DNA of 64,000 bases from a virus (IMGVR_UViG_3300042885_001472), one strand, 5' to 3'. Numbered from the stretch's first letter, positions 8,430 through 18,334 are shown. Notes: a model not told the origin generated them from the letters alone. Numbers and translations are program-made.

Positions 8430-9713
8430 ATGAAATTGTATATGAATTTAAGTAAAATAATTAAAGAAGTTATTAATGAGTCGATTTTAACTGAAGCTTT
8501 TACTATTGAAGATTTAAAGGATAAATTCGTTAATAAAGGAACTATTGATGAAGAAACTTTTGAAGAAATAATTGGGTTTAATTTAAAAATAAATTACACT
8601 AGTTGGTTACTAAAAATGGTAAACACTAATTTAATCCCCTCAGAAGATGTCTATCAATTTATCCATTATTTAGAAGTTTTTAATAAATTTAAAAATCTTT
8701 ACCCTATTAAAGATATTAATCGTATCAATAAAAATGAGGAAATTGAAGAATTCATCAAAACATCAATTAAAATAATTGAACAAAGTAGTACTAGTGGTCA
8801 AGAAACGAAGGGTGATAAGAATTATGTTACACCAACAGAAATTTCAAGGTTAGATAGGGTTGGTATAAGTTTTTTAGGTACGATTAGTAGATACCAAGTC
8901 TTTAAAATACCTTACACCATTAATCCTGAAGCGACCTGGAAAGAATATAGAGAAATATTAGGTAGATGTTCTGGTAGAGGTAGTGGTTTATTAGACCCTG
9001 ATGGTGAACCAGTGGCTGTTAAATTTTGTACTATAGCTACACTACCACGTTTTAAACAATACACAGAAGATGGTCCAATGTATGTATTTTTTAATACAGC
9101 TGATCATTTAAGTCCTTATCAATTTCACTATGAAAGTAGTCAGTATAAAGACAGAAGAAATCTAAACATATTTACGGGTGTAAAAATAGGTAGTAAAGAA
9201 TTTAAAATTTATAATTCATTTTTTAACTTTTTATTTGAAAAAGAAGGGAGGGTTATACCTAAAGATGTGTTTGATATTTATATGAAACCAGAATCCAATG
9301 GAATAATAAGTCCTAAAAATATAAAATTATTTGCCCAAGAATTTGGTATAAATACGATACCAACAGAATATTTAGATTCATTACGTGAAAGTTATATTAG
9401 AACAATTAATAATAGTTTAAAAAAATCAAAAATTAATACCATTCCTTTAGAATTTTATGTAAACATACAAAATATATTTAACCCAAAAAATTCAAAATAT
9501 GTTTTAGATTTTTTAAAAAGTAATAGTATTAAAGCACCACAAGAATTGATTGATTTGTCTGAACGTAAGATTAATAAATTTTCAACTATGAGTGACACTG
9601 AATTAAAACAATACCCTAAAGGAATTGGGGGGAGTAAAAATGTTGACTGGTATGAAAGTACTGAATTTGATGAGTGGGAAAAAGAGATAGAACTTAGAAA
9701 TTTTTTTAAATAA
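8430..9713 (+). CDS. hypothetical late protein (FCT..YQFHYESSQ domain)
   Basis: ATATTTAT at 8418-8425 favors the ATG at 8430 or 8442; domain shared with 16584..18074. Confidence 0.7.
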   Translation: MKLYMNLSKIIKEVINESILTEAFTIEDLKDKFVNKGTIDEETFEEIIGFNLKINYTSWLLKMVNTNLIPSEDVYQFIHYLEVFNKFKNLYPIKDINRINKNEEIEEFIKTSIKIIEQSSTSGQETKGDKNYVTPTEISRLDRVGISFLGTISRYQVFKIPYTINPEATWKEYREILGRCSGRGSGLLDPDGEPVAVKFCTIATLPRFKQYTEDGPMYVFFNTADHLSPYQFHYESSQYKDRRNLNIFTGVKIGSKEFKIYNSFFNFLFEKEGRVIPKDVFDIYMKPESNGIISPKNIKLFAQEFGINTIPTEYLDSLRESYIRTINNSLKKSKINTIPLEFYVNIQNIFNPKNSKYVLDFLKSNSIKAPQELIDLSERKINKFSTMSDTELKQYPKGIGGSKNVDWYESTEFDEWEKEIELRNFFK

Positions 9714-9715
9714 AT

Positions 9716-10396
9716 ATGAGAAAAAAAATTATACAATTAACGGAATCAGATCTTAGAGAATTAGTCCGTAAAATAATGGTTGAGGTTGAGTTACCTACGG
9801 AAGAAGTATCTGATCCGGTAATAGATTCAATAAGAGATAGGGTTATTGATCATGAGGGTAAACGAAATACGGTTTATAAAGATTCTCGTGGAATACCCAC
9901 AATAGGTGTTGGTTTTAATTTAAATAGACAAGATTCAAACGCTTTATTAACACAAGTTGGGGCTAATCCTGGACAAATAAAACGAGGACAAAGTAAACTT
10001 AGTAATAAACAAATTAATACATTATTAAATAAAGACCTTAAAAAATCTAAAGAAGACGCTAAACAATTAGTTAAAAACTTTACAGGATTACCATCAGAAA
10101 TACAAGGTGTACTTATTGAAATGGTATTTAATTTAGGTAAGTTTGGTTTAGCTAAATTTAAGAAATTTTTAGATTACATTAATAAAAAAGATTGGAAAAA
10201 AGCTTCAATTGAAATGTTAGATTCTGATTGGTCTAAACAAGTTGGTAGACGTTCTAAAACACTTTCAAATATAATCGCGTTACAAGGTTCATATGGTGAT
10301 TTATCTAACGCTAAAAATGTTTATGATAAACTTAACCAAACTGATGTTTTTATGGGTAAACAATTTGATAAAAATACTGGTTTAAAGATTAATTAA
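9716..10396 (+). CDS. T4-lysozyme-like muramidase (GH24-like) with an N-terminal leader
   Basis: HEGKRNTVYKDSRGIPTIGVGFNL gives the T4L Glu/Asp/Thr triad spacing; MVFNLG; SDWSKQVGRR. Confidence 0.9.
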   Translation: MRKKIIQLTESDLRELVRKIMVEVELPTEEVSDPVIDSIRDRVIDHEGKRNTVYKDSRGIPTIGVGFNLNRQDSNALLTQVGANPGQIKRGQSKLSNKQINTLLNKDLKKSKEDAKQLVKNFTGLPSEIQGVLIEMVFNLGKFGLAKFKKFLDYINKKDWKKASIEMLDSDWSKQVGRRSKTLSNIIALQGSYGDLSNAKNVYDKLNQTDVFMGKQFDKNTGLKIN

Positions 10397-10428
10397 TTAT
10401 CCTTAATGGAAAAAATTCTCCAATTATC

Positions 10429-10501
10429 TTGTTTTAGTGGAAAATATTTGTAGATTATACCATTTTTTATTGTTTTAGTGGAAAATATTCCTTAAATTTA
10501 C
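10429..10501 (+). promoter_or_regulatory. tandem duplicated promoter-like elements
   Basis: 20-nt direct repeat TTGTTTTAGTGGAAAATATT at 10429-10448 and 10470-10489, each followed by a TA-rich -7-like box. Confidence 0.55.
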
Positions 10502-10540
10502 CACACAATAACCCCAGTTATAAAAAAAATAAATTAAAAA

Positions 10541-10909
10541 ATGGAAACAACTATGTATTTTATTTTAGGTATCCTCACGATTATTGTACCAATATTCATT
10601 GGTATGATTATTATGGGTTTAGTTAAGATTAACAGACAACAAAAACAAATAAAAGATCTTATTGAACAAATTAATTTTCAAGGGAGAGATTTTAATAACA
10701 CATTCTTAGACATTCGTAGGTCAAAAGAAAATGATACTCGTAATATGTATGAAGAATTACGAGAGTTAGAAAAAAGAGTACAAAATCATTTAGATGATTT
10801 TAAAAGAGAAACAAAATCGTATACCGATTCTAGGGTTGATAAATTAATTGACACCTATTTTGAATATAAAAAAATAAGTAAAGATAGTAAGGAACTATTA
10901 AAGGACTAA
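10541..10909 (+). CDS. membrane-anchored coiled-coil protein
   Basis: N-terminal hydrophobic helix followed by a charged helical region. Confidence 0.7.
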   Translation: METTMYFILGILTIIVPIFIGMIIMGLVKINRQQKQIKDLIEQINFQGRDFNNTFLDIRRSKENDTRNMYEELRELEKRVQNHLDDFKRETKSYTDSRVDKLIDTYFEYKKISKDSKELLKD

Positions 10910-10959
10910 AATAAAAACTGGGGTTATTTTAAACTAAAATTAATTTAATTATAAAGAAT

Positions 10960-11220
10960 ATGCCAAGATTTTCAGAAGAAGTAGATTTCAACATTAGTGT
11001 TGAGGAATTTTTATCAAAATGTTCACCAAAAAATATTAAAGACTTAATACAATTATTAGAAGATGATAATCACATCAACCAATATAATAATAGAGTGTTA
11101 AACTTTATGGAGGAGAAGTATGTTAATCATTGTAATCATTTAAAAAATTCTTACTTACAGATTAGTAAAGAAGATTATGAGATAATAGAAAATTTATCTA
11201 AAAAATATGGTGGTTACTAA
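10960..11220 (+). CDS. hypothetical protein
   Basis: ORF track. Confidence 0.6.
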   Translation: MPRFSEEVDFNISVEEFLSKCSPKNIKDLIQLLEDDNHINQYNNRVLNFMEEKYVNHCNHLKNSYLQISKEDYEIIENLSKKYGGY

Positions 11221-11242
11221 TATTTATTAGTAAAAAAACCCA

Positions 11243-12346
11243 ATGAAAAATTATTTTAAATCTTTATTTCTATTTTTTTCAATAATTTGTACTTTACATA
11301 GTAATTCTCAGACAATATGTCCAACGACAATTCTTTATGATTATATGGAAACATATACCTGGTTTGGTAATTGGAGTACACCCACTAATACTGGATTTTA
11401 TTTAAACGCTTCGGTAACACCCTCAGTTAGTGGAGTAATATTTGGATCAGGTAATGGTTCATCGGGGATTGAAACGGCTATATACACTTTACCAAATGTA
11501 ACTGGTTTAAATAGTCTTTATAATTATAAATTTAGATTTAGACTAGCTTCATATAGATTTTCTAATCCAACCACTGCGACAGCTGGTGTTGATAACCCTG
11601 ATTACATTGATGTAAGATATTCAATAAACAATGGAACTTCATACACAACTGAAATGAGGATTACTGGTAACGCTAACGCTTATTGGGATTACAACATTTT
11701 AGGTGTGATCACTAAAACAGCTACTGGTATTATGACAACATATTCACCATTAGGTGGGGGTAATCGAACAACCACCGGAGATGGGTATTCAGTACTTGAA
11801 TTAACATTACCAGTTGGTATTACACAATTAATGTTTCAAATAAGTTGTAGAGTTAATTCTGCTGGAGAAGAGTGGTGGTTAGATAATGTTGAATTGATTG
11901 AAATGACTCCTTGTTCAATATTACCAATAGAATTAGTTAGTTTTGATGGTTTTAACCATATAAATTATAATTATTTAACTTGGGTATCAGCTACTGAGGT
12001 AAATAATGATTATTATTTGTTAGAACGAAGTGTTGATGGTATTAATTGGGTTGAAATAACTAAAAAATATAGTATTGGTACATTAAATACACCCACTTTT
12101 TATGATTATTCTGATCATACCTATATAAATGGTGAAATTAACTATTATCGTCTATCACAAGTAGATTATGATGGTAAAAAAGTATATTTTAACATAATTA
12201 GTTTAGAATCAAAAAATTCCTTAAATAACTGTCTTTATGAGTATTTTAACTTAAATGGACAAGAAATTGATATCCAAAATGTAAGTTCTGGACTTTATTT
12301 AAGGAAATGTGGTAATAAATTTGAAAAAATTCTTAAAATTGAATAA
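11243..12346 (+). CDS. secreted protein resembling Bacteroidota T9SS cargo
   Basis: Signal peptide; LPIELVSF..WVSATEVNNDYYLLERSVDG module; C-terminal YFNLNGQ..GLYL..KILK like a type A CTD. Confidence 0.7.
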   Translation: MKNYFKSLFLFFSIICTLHSNSQTICPTTILYDYMETYTWFGNWSTPTNTGFYLNASVTPSVSGVIFGSGNGSSGIETAIYTLPNVTGLNSLYNYKFRFRLASYRFSNPTTATAGVDNPDYIDVRYSINNGTSYTTEMRITGNANAYWDYNILGVITKTATGIMTTYSPLGGGNRTTTGDGYSVLELTLPVGITQLMFQISCRVNSAGEEWWLDNVELIEMTPCSILPIELVSFDGFNHINYNYLTWVSATEVNNDYYLLERSVDGINWVEITKKYSIGTLNTPTFYDYSDHTYINGEINYYRLSQVDYDGKKVYFNIISLESKNSLNNCLYEYFNLNGQEIDIQNVSSGLYLRKCGNKFEKILKIE

Positions 12347-12384
12347 TTTTCATAAAAAAATTAGGTTAATTAAAATTAAATTTT

Positions 12385-12392
12385 TACATTTG
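12385..12392 (+). promoter_or_regulatory. TAnnTTTG -7 element
   Basis: TACATTTG 33 nt upstream of 12426. Confidence 0.55.
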
Positions 12393-12425
12393 TATTAGAT
12401 AATTAACTATAAAAAAATTAAAGTT

Positions 12426-12680
12426 ATGGAAACTACTAAAACATATACAAAAAACGAAAATGGGTTCTACACTAATTACACTACAGAAGATGTGGTTAGA
12501 GAAATGAATGAACTTAAAGATAGTAATACTTGTCCTATGACTAACCCAGAATTTTATGAGTTATGGAAATGGGATAACCCAACTAAAGTTGATGATGAAG
12601 AAACTAAAAGACTTAAGAGAGAAAGATATTTAAAAGTTAGGGAACAAGTTAGAAATAATTTGTATAAACATAGAAGATAA
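12426..12680 (+). CDS. hypothetical protein
   Basis: ORF track; bounded by a promoter and a terminator. Confidence 0.7.
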   Translation: METTKTYTKNENGFYTNYTTEDVVREMNELKDSNTCPMTNPEFYELWKWDNPTKVDDEETKRLKRERYLKVREQVRNNLYKHRR

Positions 12681-12681
12681 T

Positions 12682-12710
12682 AAAAAAGACCATAGTATGG
12701 TCTTTTTTTT
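12682..12710 (+). terminator. intrinsic terminator
   Basis: AAAAAAGACCA-TAGTA-TGGTCTTTTTTTTT. Confidence 0.85.
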
Positions 12711-12730
12711 TATACCTAATATTTATAATT

Positions 12731-13408
12731 ATGAAATATTTAATAAAAAAAATACTAAACGAAATTGTATTCAATCCTGATAGAGAAAAATTTAAATGGA
12801 GAGATATTGGTTCATTAAATGTTAATGGTAAAAAAATACATACTAGTACTTTTAGGACTCCAACTTATAAATATATAGTAAACGCTGAGGAATATCCAAA
12901 TCATTTTTATTTAATTTCATTTTATCCTTCACTAAATACTGATTTTTTTGTGAAACAATTTTTGAAACAAGAAAGGGGTCGTACTTATTATGATAAGTAT
13001 AGTTATAGAACAAATGAAAAAGTTATATCACCAGAAGATCAGGTGAGATTATCTAAAATGGGTGGTAAAGAAAGAAGGGAAGAACTTAATAAATTACCTT
13101 CAATGGCCTATAAAGTTTTTGCCTTAATAATGGAATATATGGATGAAATATTAAAAAAAGATCCATTAGCTTCATTCGGATATTTTGGTGCTGCGGATTC
13201 AAAAGGATCTGAAAATCCTGATGATGATATAATTGACACTAAAAGATTTAGAGTTTATAGATTAATGTTAGATGATCGTTTTAAAAATACACATACACCA
13301 TACCATAAAGAATCATTTAGTGGATCACTATATATTAATAATGAAGCTGAGAATAATTTCCCTAATATTATTGAGTTTGCCAATAAAATTTTACAGAGTC
13401 ACCTATAA
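12731..13408 (+). CDS. hypothetical late protein with an MKYLIKKILNE leader
   Basis: ATATTTAT at 12719-12726. Confidence 0.7.
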   Translation: MKYLIKKILNEIVFNPDREKFKWRDIGSLNVNGKKIHTSTFRTPTYKYIVNAEEYPNHFYLISFYPSLNTDFFVKQFLKQERGRTYYDKYSYRTNEKVISPEDQVRLSKMGGKERREELNKLPSMAYKVFALIMEYMDEILKKDPLASFGYFGAADSKGSENPDDDIIDTKRFRVYRLMLDDRFKNTHTPYHKESFSGSLYINNEAENNFPNIIEFANKILQSHL

Positions 13409-13512
13409 TTTTGTTAAAATTTACTTTTTTTACCTTCACCTATTGTTTTATTGAAAATAATTAATTAACTTAGCGTTATAATTCAATTAGTAATAATTTA
13501 AAAAAACAAAAA

Positions 13513-13812
13513 ATGAAAAACAGTAAAAAAAAGGAAAACTTGAAAGACATTAAAAATGTGTCAACAAAAAATGTTAAATCAAATTTAAATGAGACTAAAA
13601 AAGTTTCAACAAAAAATGTTGTATCAAACACAACAAAAAACGTTAAATCAAATTCAGTTCCCACTTACACACCAGTAAGTAAACACATTTATAATACCGG
13701 TGTTAGTTACCGTGTACGTGTATATGTTAAAGGTAAAATGGTTTCTATCACAACTCCAACCAAAAAAGAAGCGTTTCGTGTTAGAAAAGAATTGTTAGGT
13801 TTACGAGGTTAA
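13513..13812 (+). CDS. basic protein, putative DNA-binding (AP2-like beta-sheet C-terminus)
   Basis: Lys-rich repeats, then HIYNTGVSYRVRVYVKGK..KKEAFRVRKEL. Confidence 0.55.
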   Translation: MKNSKKKENLKDIKNVSTKNVKSNLNETKKVSTKNVVSNTTKNVKSNSVPTYTPVSKHIYNTGVSYRVRVYVKGKMVSITTPTKKEAFRVRKELLGLRG

Positions 13813-13834
13813 TAAACTTCAACGAATAAAAGTG

Positions 13835-13863
13835 AAAAGGAGGTGTTAAAATCTCCTTTTTTT
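13835..13863 (+). terminator. intrinsic terminator
   Basis: AAAAGGAG..CTCCTTTTTTT. Confidence 0.75.
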
Positions 13864-13880
13864 ATTAAAAAAAATAAGAT

Positions 13881-14153
13881 ATGAAATATACAAAAATTAA
13901 AGAATTTTTATTATTCTTTTTAATACAATTAGTTTTATACCTTTTACTGGTAGTTAATTATAGGTGTGTTGTTAACATCAATTATGTTGGAACTACATTA
14001 ACTGACTTCATAATAGGATCATTTAATTTCTTTATAGTTAGGAAAATAGCCAAAAGTGAGGATTCATTACACCAGTGGGCTGGTTATTCAATTGGAGGAG
14101 CTATTGGGGATGTTTTGGGATTATATATATCTAAAATACTTTTAGAGGTTTAA
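13881..14153 (+). CDS. small multi-pass membrane protein
   Basis: Three hydrophobic segments; GYSIGGAIGDVLG. Confidence 0.7.
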   Translation: MKYTKIKEFLLFFLIQLVLYLLLVVNYRCVVNINYVGTTLTDFIIGSFNFFIVRKIAKSEDSLHQWAGYSIGGAIGDVLGLYISKILLEV

Positions 14154-14194
14154 ATTAAACCTAATACTTTCTATTATTTAAGATATTTATCACT

Positions 14195-14740
14195 ATGGAA
14201 CATATAATTAAAAAATTATTAGTGGAAATGATTTCAAATGAAGAATTACCATTAAATAAACTTGAAATACTTGCGTTAAAATTTTTAACAAAAACCAATT
14301 TAACTCCAAAAACAAATCAAAATATTATAATTAAAAAATTGATGTCTGAGTTAGATTTTACGCGTGAAGAAGCCGTTAAAATTTACTTTTTATTTCTGAG
14401 TAATTACCGAAAAGATTCTGATTATGAGAGTATTATTACTCCAAATAGATCTTCATTCACTAAAAGTACTAGTACATCCAATAAAAGAGGTAGAGATTTT
14501 GTGATAAATAGAATTCCGTTTACCGGTTCAAATACAATGGGAAAATATGTTGGTGGGGTTTATGTTGTAACTTCATATAATTGGTACCCAATCTTTGTTT
14601 TTAAAAATGGTCAATGGTATGAAAATGAAAGTGGTTATAGTATGAGTACTAAAAAACAAATTAGTCAATTAAGACCTAATGGTGAGAATATTATAAAATT
14701 AAAAGTGGATGAGTTGAAGGATTTGTATTCTTCTTACTAA
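14195..14740 (+). CDS. hypothetical late protein with an MEHIIKKLLVE leader
   Basis: ATATTTAT at 14183-14190. Confidence 0.7.
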   Translation: MEHIIKKLLVEMISNEELPLNKLEILALKFLTKTNLTPKTNQNIIIKKLMSELDFTREEAVKIYFLFLSNYRKDSDYESIITPNRSSFTKSTSTSNKRGRDFVINRIPFTGSNTMGKYVGGVYVVTSYNWYPIFVFKNGQWYENESGYSMSTKKQISQLRPNGENIIKLKVDELKDLYSSY

Positions 14741-15193
14741 TTACTTTAAATGGTTGATCAGATCTGAGAGATTACTCTCATTTTCTCTCATTATTTCTTC
14801 TTCCATTTTACTAGTCACCCTTTTTAATTCCTTATATAATTTAGATACTAATATCTTACCAACAGTGTCTGGTATTATAACATCATGGATATTTTTACCA
14901 TTGATTACTAAATCAGGTGAAAAATTTTTACTGATAATCACCAATCTATATCCTTCTCTACTCTTATTAATAGTAATAAATATGGTTACATTACCATCCT
15001 CAAATTTTTTGATATAATGTTTATCATCCAGAGGACTGGTATAAAGTTTAGTGTTAGGATCTTTCAATATTTTAGAAAAAATATCTATAACTTTTTTTTG
15101 TGAGATAGTTAATTCAGTGCTATTGGAACGTTCTAACCAAAGTGCCAACTTCTTGTACTTATAAGATAAACTATTTTTTATTTTTCTTATCAT
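14741..15193 (-). CDS. hypothetical protein
   Basis: ORF track; convergent with 14195..14740. Confidence 0.6.
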   Translation of the reverse strand: MIRKIKNSLSYKYKKLALWLERSNSTELTISQKKVIDIFSKILKDPNTKLYTSPLDDKHYIKKFEDGNVTIFITINKSREGYRLVIISKNFSPDLVINGKNIHDVIIPDTVGKILVSKLYKELKRVTSKMEEEIMRENESNLSDLINHLK

Positions 15194-15377
15194 TTTTTTG
15201 TATTAACTTGTTTAATTCAACTAATTTACCATGTTTTAGTAATGTGAAATATTTAGAAGATTTTGAATCTAAAAATATTATGGAATCAGTTCTTAATAAT
15301 TTATTAATATCATCATTATGATACATTTCTAAAAATACTTCTTCATCCAGATATAGTTTATTGAAAGACATATTCAA
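15171..15377 (-). CDS. hypothetical protein
   Basis: ORF track. Confidence 0.5.
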   Translation of the reverse strand: MNMSFNKLYLDEEVFLEMYHNDDINKLLRTDSIIFLDSKSSKYFTLLKHGKLVELNKLIQKNDKKNKK

Positions 15378-15421
15378 ATATCGTTTATTTTATTCAATAA
15401 ATCAATATATAAAGGTATATT

Positions 15422-15811
15422 TTATAAAATATTTTTTAAATAATTTTCATCCACTTTACAACCTTTCTTATAATTCTCTTCCCAGGGTATAAATTGTAAG
15501 TTTTTAATATTACCCATTTTTTCCGGTGAAATTTTATTCTTCCAACCATAAGAAATCGGTATAATATGGTCTAAATGGTTTCCTCTAAAAGATCTCAATT
15601 CAAACCCCTCTAACATATGGATTGGTTGTGATTCTGTTATAAACCAAACCTTAGCGTAATATAGTTTTTTATCAACATCCTTAAGATTTTTTATCTTTTT
15701 AGTTATTTTAGGTGTCTTCTTACAAATTTCCCTAATCAACTTTAATTTTTTTAATCTATTAGAGGTAGGATTTTTTGTAACTTTTTTACGTGATGGTAGT
15801 TTTCTTAACAT
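15422..15811 (-). CDS. HNH-motif protein
   Basis: HLDHIIPIS..NLQFIPWEENYKKG. Confidence 0.65.
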   Translation of the reverse strand: MLRKLPSRKKVTKNPTSNRLKKLKLIREICKKTPKITKKIKNLKDVDKKLYYAKVWFITESQPIHMLEGFELRSFRGNHLDHIIPISYGWKNKISPEKMGNIKNLQFIPWEENYKKGCKVDENYLKNIL

Positions 15812-15831
15812 ATTGATAAGTATTTATAGAT

Positions 15832-16176
15832 ATGAATATATTAATAAATGGTAGAGAATATCCGTTAGAAGTTAAATTAACACAAAAATCTAAATCCAAG
15901 GGGATGATGGGTAGAAATAATCTAAATGGTGGAATGATATTTATATTTGATAAACCACAAACACACTCTTTCTGGATGAAAGATTGTTTAATACCCTTAG
16001 ATATCATTTTTTTAAGGGGTAATACGATTACAACCATACATCATTCATGTAAACCTTGTGATAAAGATGAATGTGAACGTTATGAAGGTATTGGTGACTC
16101 AGTATTAGAGTTTTTAGGGGGTTTTTGTAAAGATAATGAACTTAGTGTGGGTGACCATGTTGAATTTGTTCATTAA
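15832..16176 (+). CDS. DUF192 family protein
   Basis: KGMMGR..GGMIFIF..SFWMKDCLIPLDIIF..SVLEF. Confidence 0.85.
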   Translation: MNILINGREYPLEVKLTQKSKSKGMMGRNNLNGGMIFIFDKPQTHSFWMKDCLIPLDIIFLRGNTITTIHHSCKPCDKDECERYEGIGDSVLEFLGGFCKDNELSVGDHVEFVH

Positions 16177-16477
16177 TAGTTAAATTAAGTTGATTTAGTA
16201 TCTTTATCTCAATAATTCTGAGTTCTTTATTCTTTTTTTTAATTTTATTTAACACTTCAGTCACTACTTTTATTGGTACTTCATTATCACTAACCCTATA
16301 TCTAATTTCATCAATATGTTTATCATCACTTAATCTTCTCAATTCATTCACTAATGAATCATATAAATTCCATTCATCCTTACTTTCATTAAACAATGAT
16401 CTACCATAAATCATTCTTTTACGGTAATCTGTTTTCAACAAAGATTCTTTTAATATCTTTTTTAATTTTTTTCTCAT
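16142..16477 (-). CDS. hypothetical late protein with an MRKKLKKILKE leader
   Basis: ATATTTAT on the minus strand at 16483-16490. Confidence 0.65.
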   Translation of the reverse strand: MRKKLKKILKESLLKTDYRKRMIYGRSLFNESKDEWNLYDSLVNELRRLSDDKHIDEIRYRVSDNEVPIKVVTEVLNKIKKKNKELRIIEIKILNQLNLTINEQIQHGHPH

Positions 16478-16583
16478 TTATAATAAATATTTTATTATAT
16501 TTGTAACCACTAAATAAATTATAACTTTTTTTAGTAAAAGTAGATATTTAATAATAGGTTAAAATCATTAATAACGTTAAACT

Positions 16584-18074
16584 ATGGGTAAAGTAAAAGT
16601 TAAAATAACAGAATCTCAAATGAATTATTTATTTGAGAATAGTAGAATTGATTATTTAAAAAATCAATTTGGTGTAATAAGTAATACGGAATTTGAAGAA
16701 CTTTCAAAAGCTGAAAGAACAAAAGGAAGGGGTAGAAAACCAAAAGACGTAACACCTTCAGATGTTGAAGGTACTGAGACACCAAAAGAAAAGAATTATA
16801 CATTAACTCCAATTAAAACACCAGAAGGTGGGTTAATCGCTTTAATCTTAACGGATGAGAAGGGTAAAAGTAAAGTTAGAATTTCAGAAGAAACTTTTAA
16901 TAATATAGTTAACGCTGATCCAACAAATAATAAAATTTATGTTCAATGGTTATTAAAAATTTTAATTGAGTTCATCAAACATAAAGATTTTGAAGAAGCG
17001 GCCAGATTTGTTGATGAAGATTTACCACAATTAAGTCAAACATTAGTGGTTTTTGATGAAGTCAAAAATCTTAATAAGTTTAAAACTTACGCGGCAAATG
17101 AACCTGGATTACCTAGTAACCCTTCAAATATTTTAAGTTATACTTCAATAACACAACTTTATTTGGCTATTGAACCTTATATTGAAAAATCTGATGCTAG
17201 TGATTTAGAAAAAGCGTTAAATAAATTTATTAAATTAAAGGAAGCTAAAATTGTTTATGAAGATAGTAAATGGTTAGTTTATGAACCATTAACAAGAGAA
17301 GCTAACTGTGCTTTACCAAATCCTGGTTTAGTTAAATTTTGTACTGCTAACCCTGGAAATAGTTACTTTCAAAGATACACCTCAGAAGGTGGTAACTTAG
17401 GTCCTGGTGGAGAAAAATCAAGAATTTACGATATTATAAATAAAAAAGTGTTGACTGGTGAAAGTGGAGAAGTTTATCAATTCCATTTTGAAAGTGAACA
17501 ATGGAAGGACGCTAGTAATGGACCTAATATAAATCTTGTAAATTTTTTTAGTGCTAATCCAGGATTAGGTCAATTTTTTAGTGACATCTTAAAAGACTTA
17601 GCTAAAAGACTTAACGTTAATGACTTAGAAAGAAATAAATATTTAAGAATTTTATCACAAATTGGTGAAATTGATAATATTTTAGAATATTTTGATGTTG
17701 ATTCTGAATCAATAGATCTTAAAAGTTATAGACTTAAAAATTTATCTTCTGATATTAGTAATTTTAAAAATTTATACTCTTTATCACTTAATAATGCTGG
17801 TTTAAAATCATTCCCAAATGAGATAACTAAACTTAGTAATTTAGCGATATTATTTGCACCAAATAATAATATTAAAGAACTACCTAAAGATTTTGGGGAT
17901 TTAAAAGAGTTACACGTACTTAATCTTGAAGGTAACCCACTTAAAGAATTGCCGGAATCTATTTCTAAATTGAATGGTAATTTCTTAAAAATTAAACTTC
18001 CTAAAGAGATGTCTGAGGAGGCTAAAAGTAGAGCCACAAAATTATTATCAAAAACGACAATTACTTGGGTATAA
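16584..18074 (+). CDS. leucine-rich repeat protein with a KITESQ leader
   Basis: C-terminal LRRs (LYSLSLNNAGLKSFP, LHVLNLEGNPLKELP); central FCTA..YQFHFESEQ domain. Confidence 0.8.
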   Translation: MGKVKVKITESQMNYLFENSRIDYLKNQFGVISNTEFEELSKAERTKGRGRKPKDVTPSDVEGTETPKEKNYTLTPIKTPEGGLIALILTDEKGKSKVRISEETFNNIVNADPTNNKIYVQWLLKILIEFIKHKDFEEAARFVDEDLPQLSQTLVVFDEVKNLNKFKTYAANEPGLPSNPSNILSYTSITQLYLAIEPYIEKSDASDLEKALNKFIKLKEAKIVYEDSKWLVYEPLTREANCALPNPGLVKFCTANPGNSYFQRYTSEGGNLGPGGEKSRIYDIINKKVLTGESGEVYQFHFESEQWKDASNGPNINLVNFFSANPGLGQFFSDILKDLAKRLNVNDLERNKYLRILSQIGEIDNILEYFDVDSESIDLKSYRLKNLSSDISNFKNLYSLSLNNAGLKSFPNEITKLSNLAILFAPNNNIKELPKDFGDLKELHVLNLEGNPLKELPESISKLNGNFLKIKLPKEMSEEAKSRATKLLSKTTITWV

Positions 18075-18162
18075 ATAATTTTAGATAAAGATTAACTTTT
18101 CATTTATCAACCATATTTATAGTTATAATACTAGTATAACAATTTAATAAAAAAACTAAAAA

Positions 18163-18306
18163 ATGGGTAAAAAAATTAGATTAACTGAATCAGAATTAAT
18201 CAATCTTCTTGAAAGAATCGTAACAGAACATAAAAAAGAAGAAAAGATGAATAAAATTAATGAAAGTAGAAGAGAAAAACTTCAAAATCGTAGAAGATTA
18301 AAATAA
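18163..18306 (+). CDS. 47-aa protein that is mostly leader peptide plus a basic tail
   Basis: Manual translation MGKKIRLTESELINLLERIVTEHKKEEKMNKINESRREKLQNRRRLK; ATATTTAT at 18113-18120. Confidence 0.7.
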   Translation: MGKKIRLTESELINLLERIVTEHKKEEKMNKINESRREKLQNRRRLK

Positions 18307-18334
18307 AAAAAGGGGATTTAATCCCCTTTTTTTT
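18305..18334. terminator. bidirectional intrinsic terminator
   Basis: AAAAAAGGGGA-TTTAA-TCCCCTTTTTTT between convergent genes. Confidence 0.85.
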
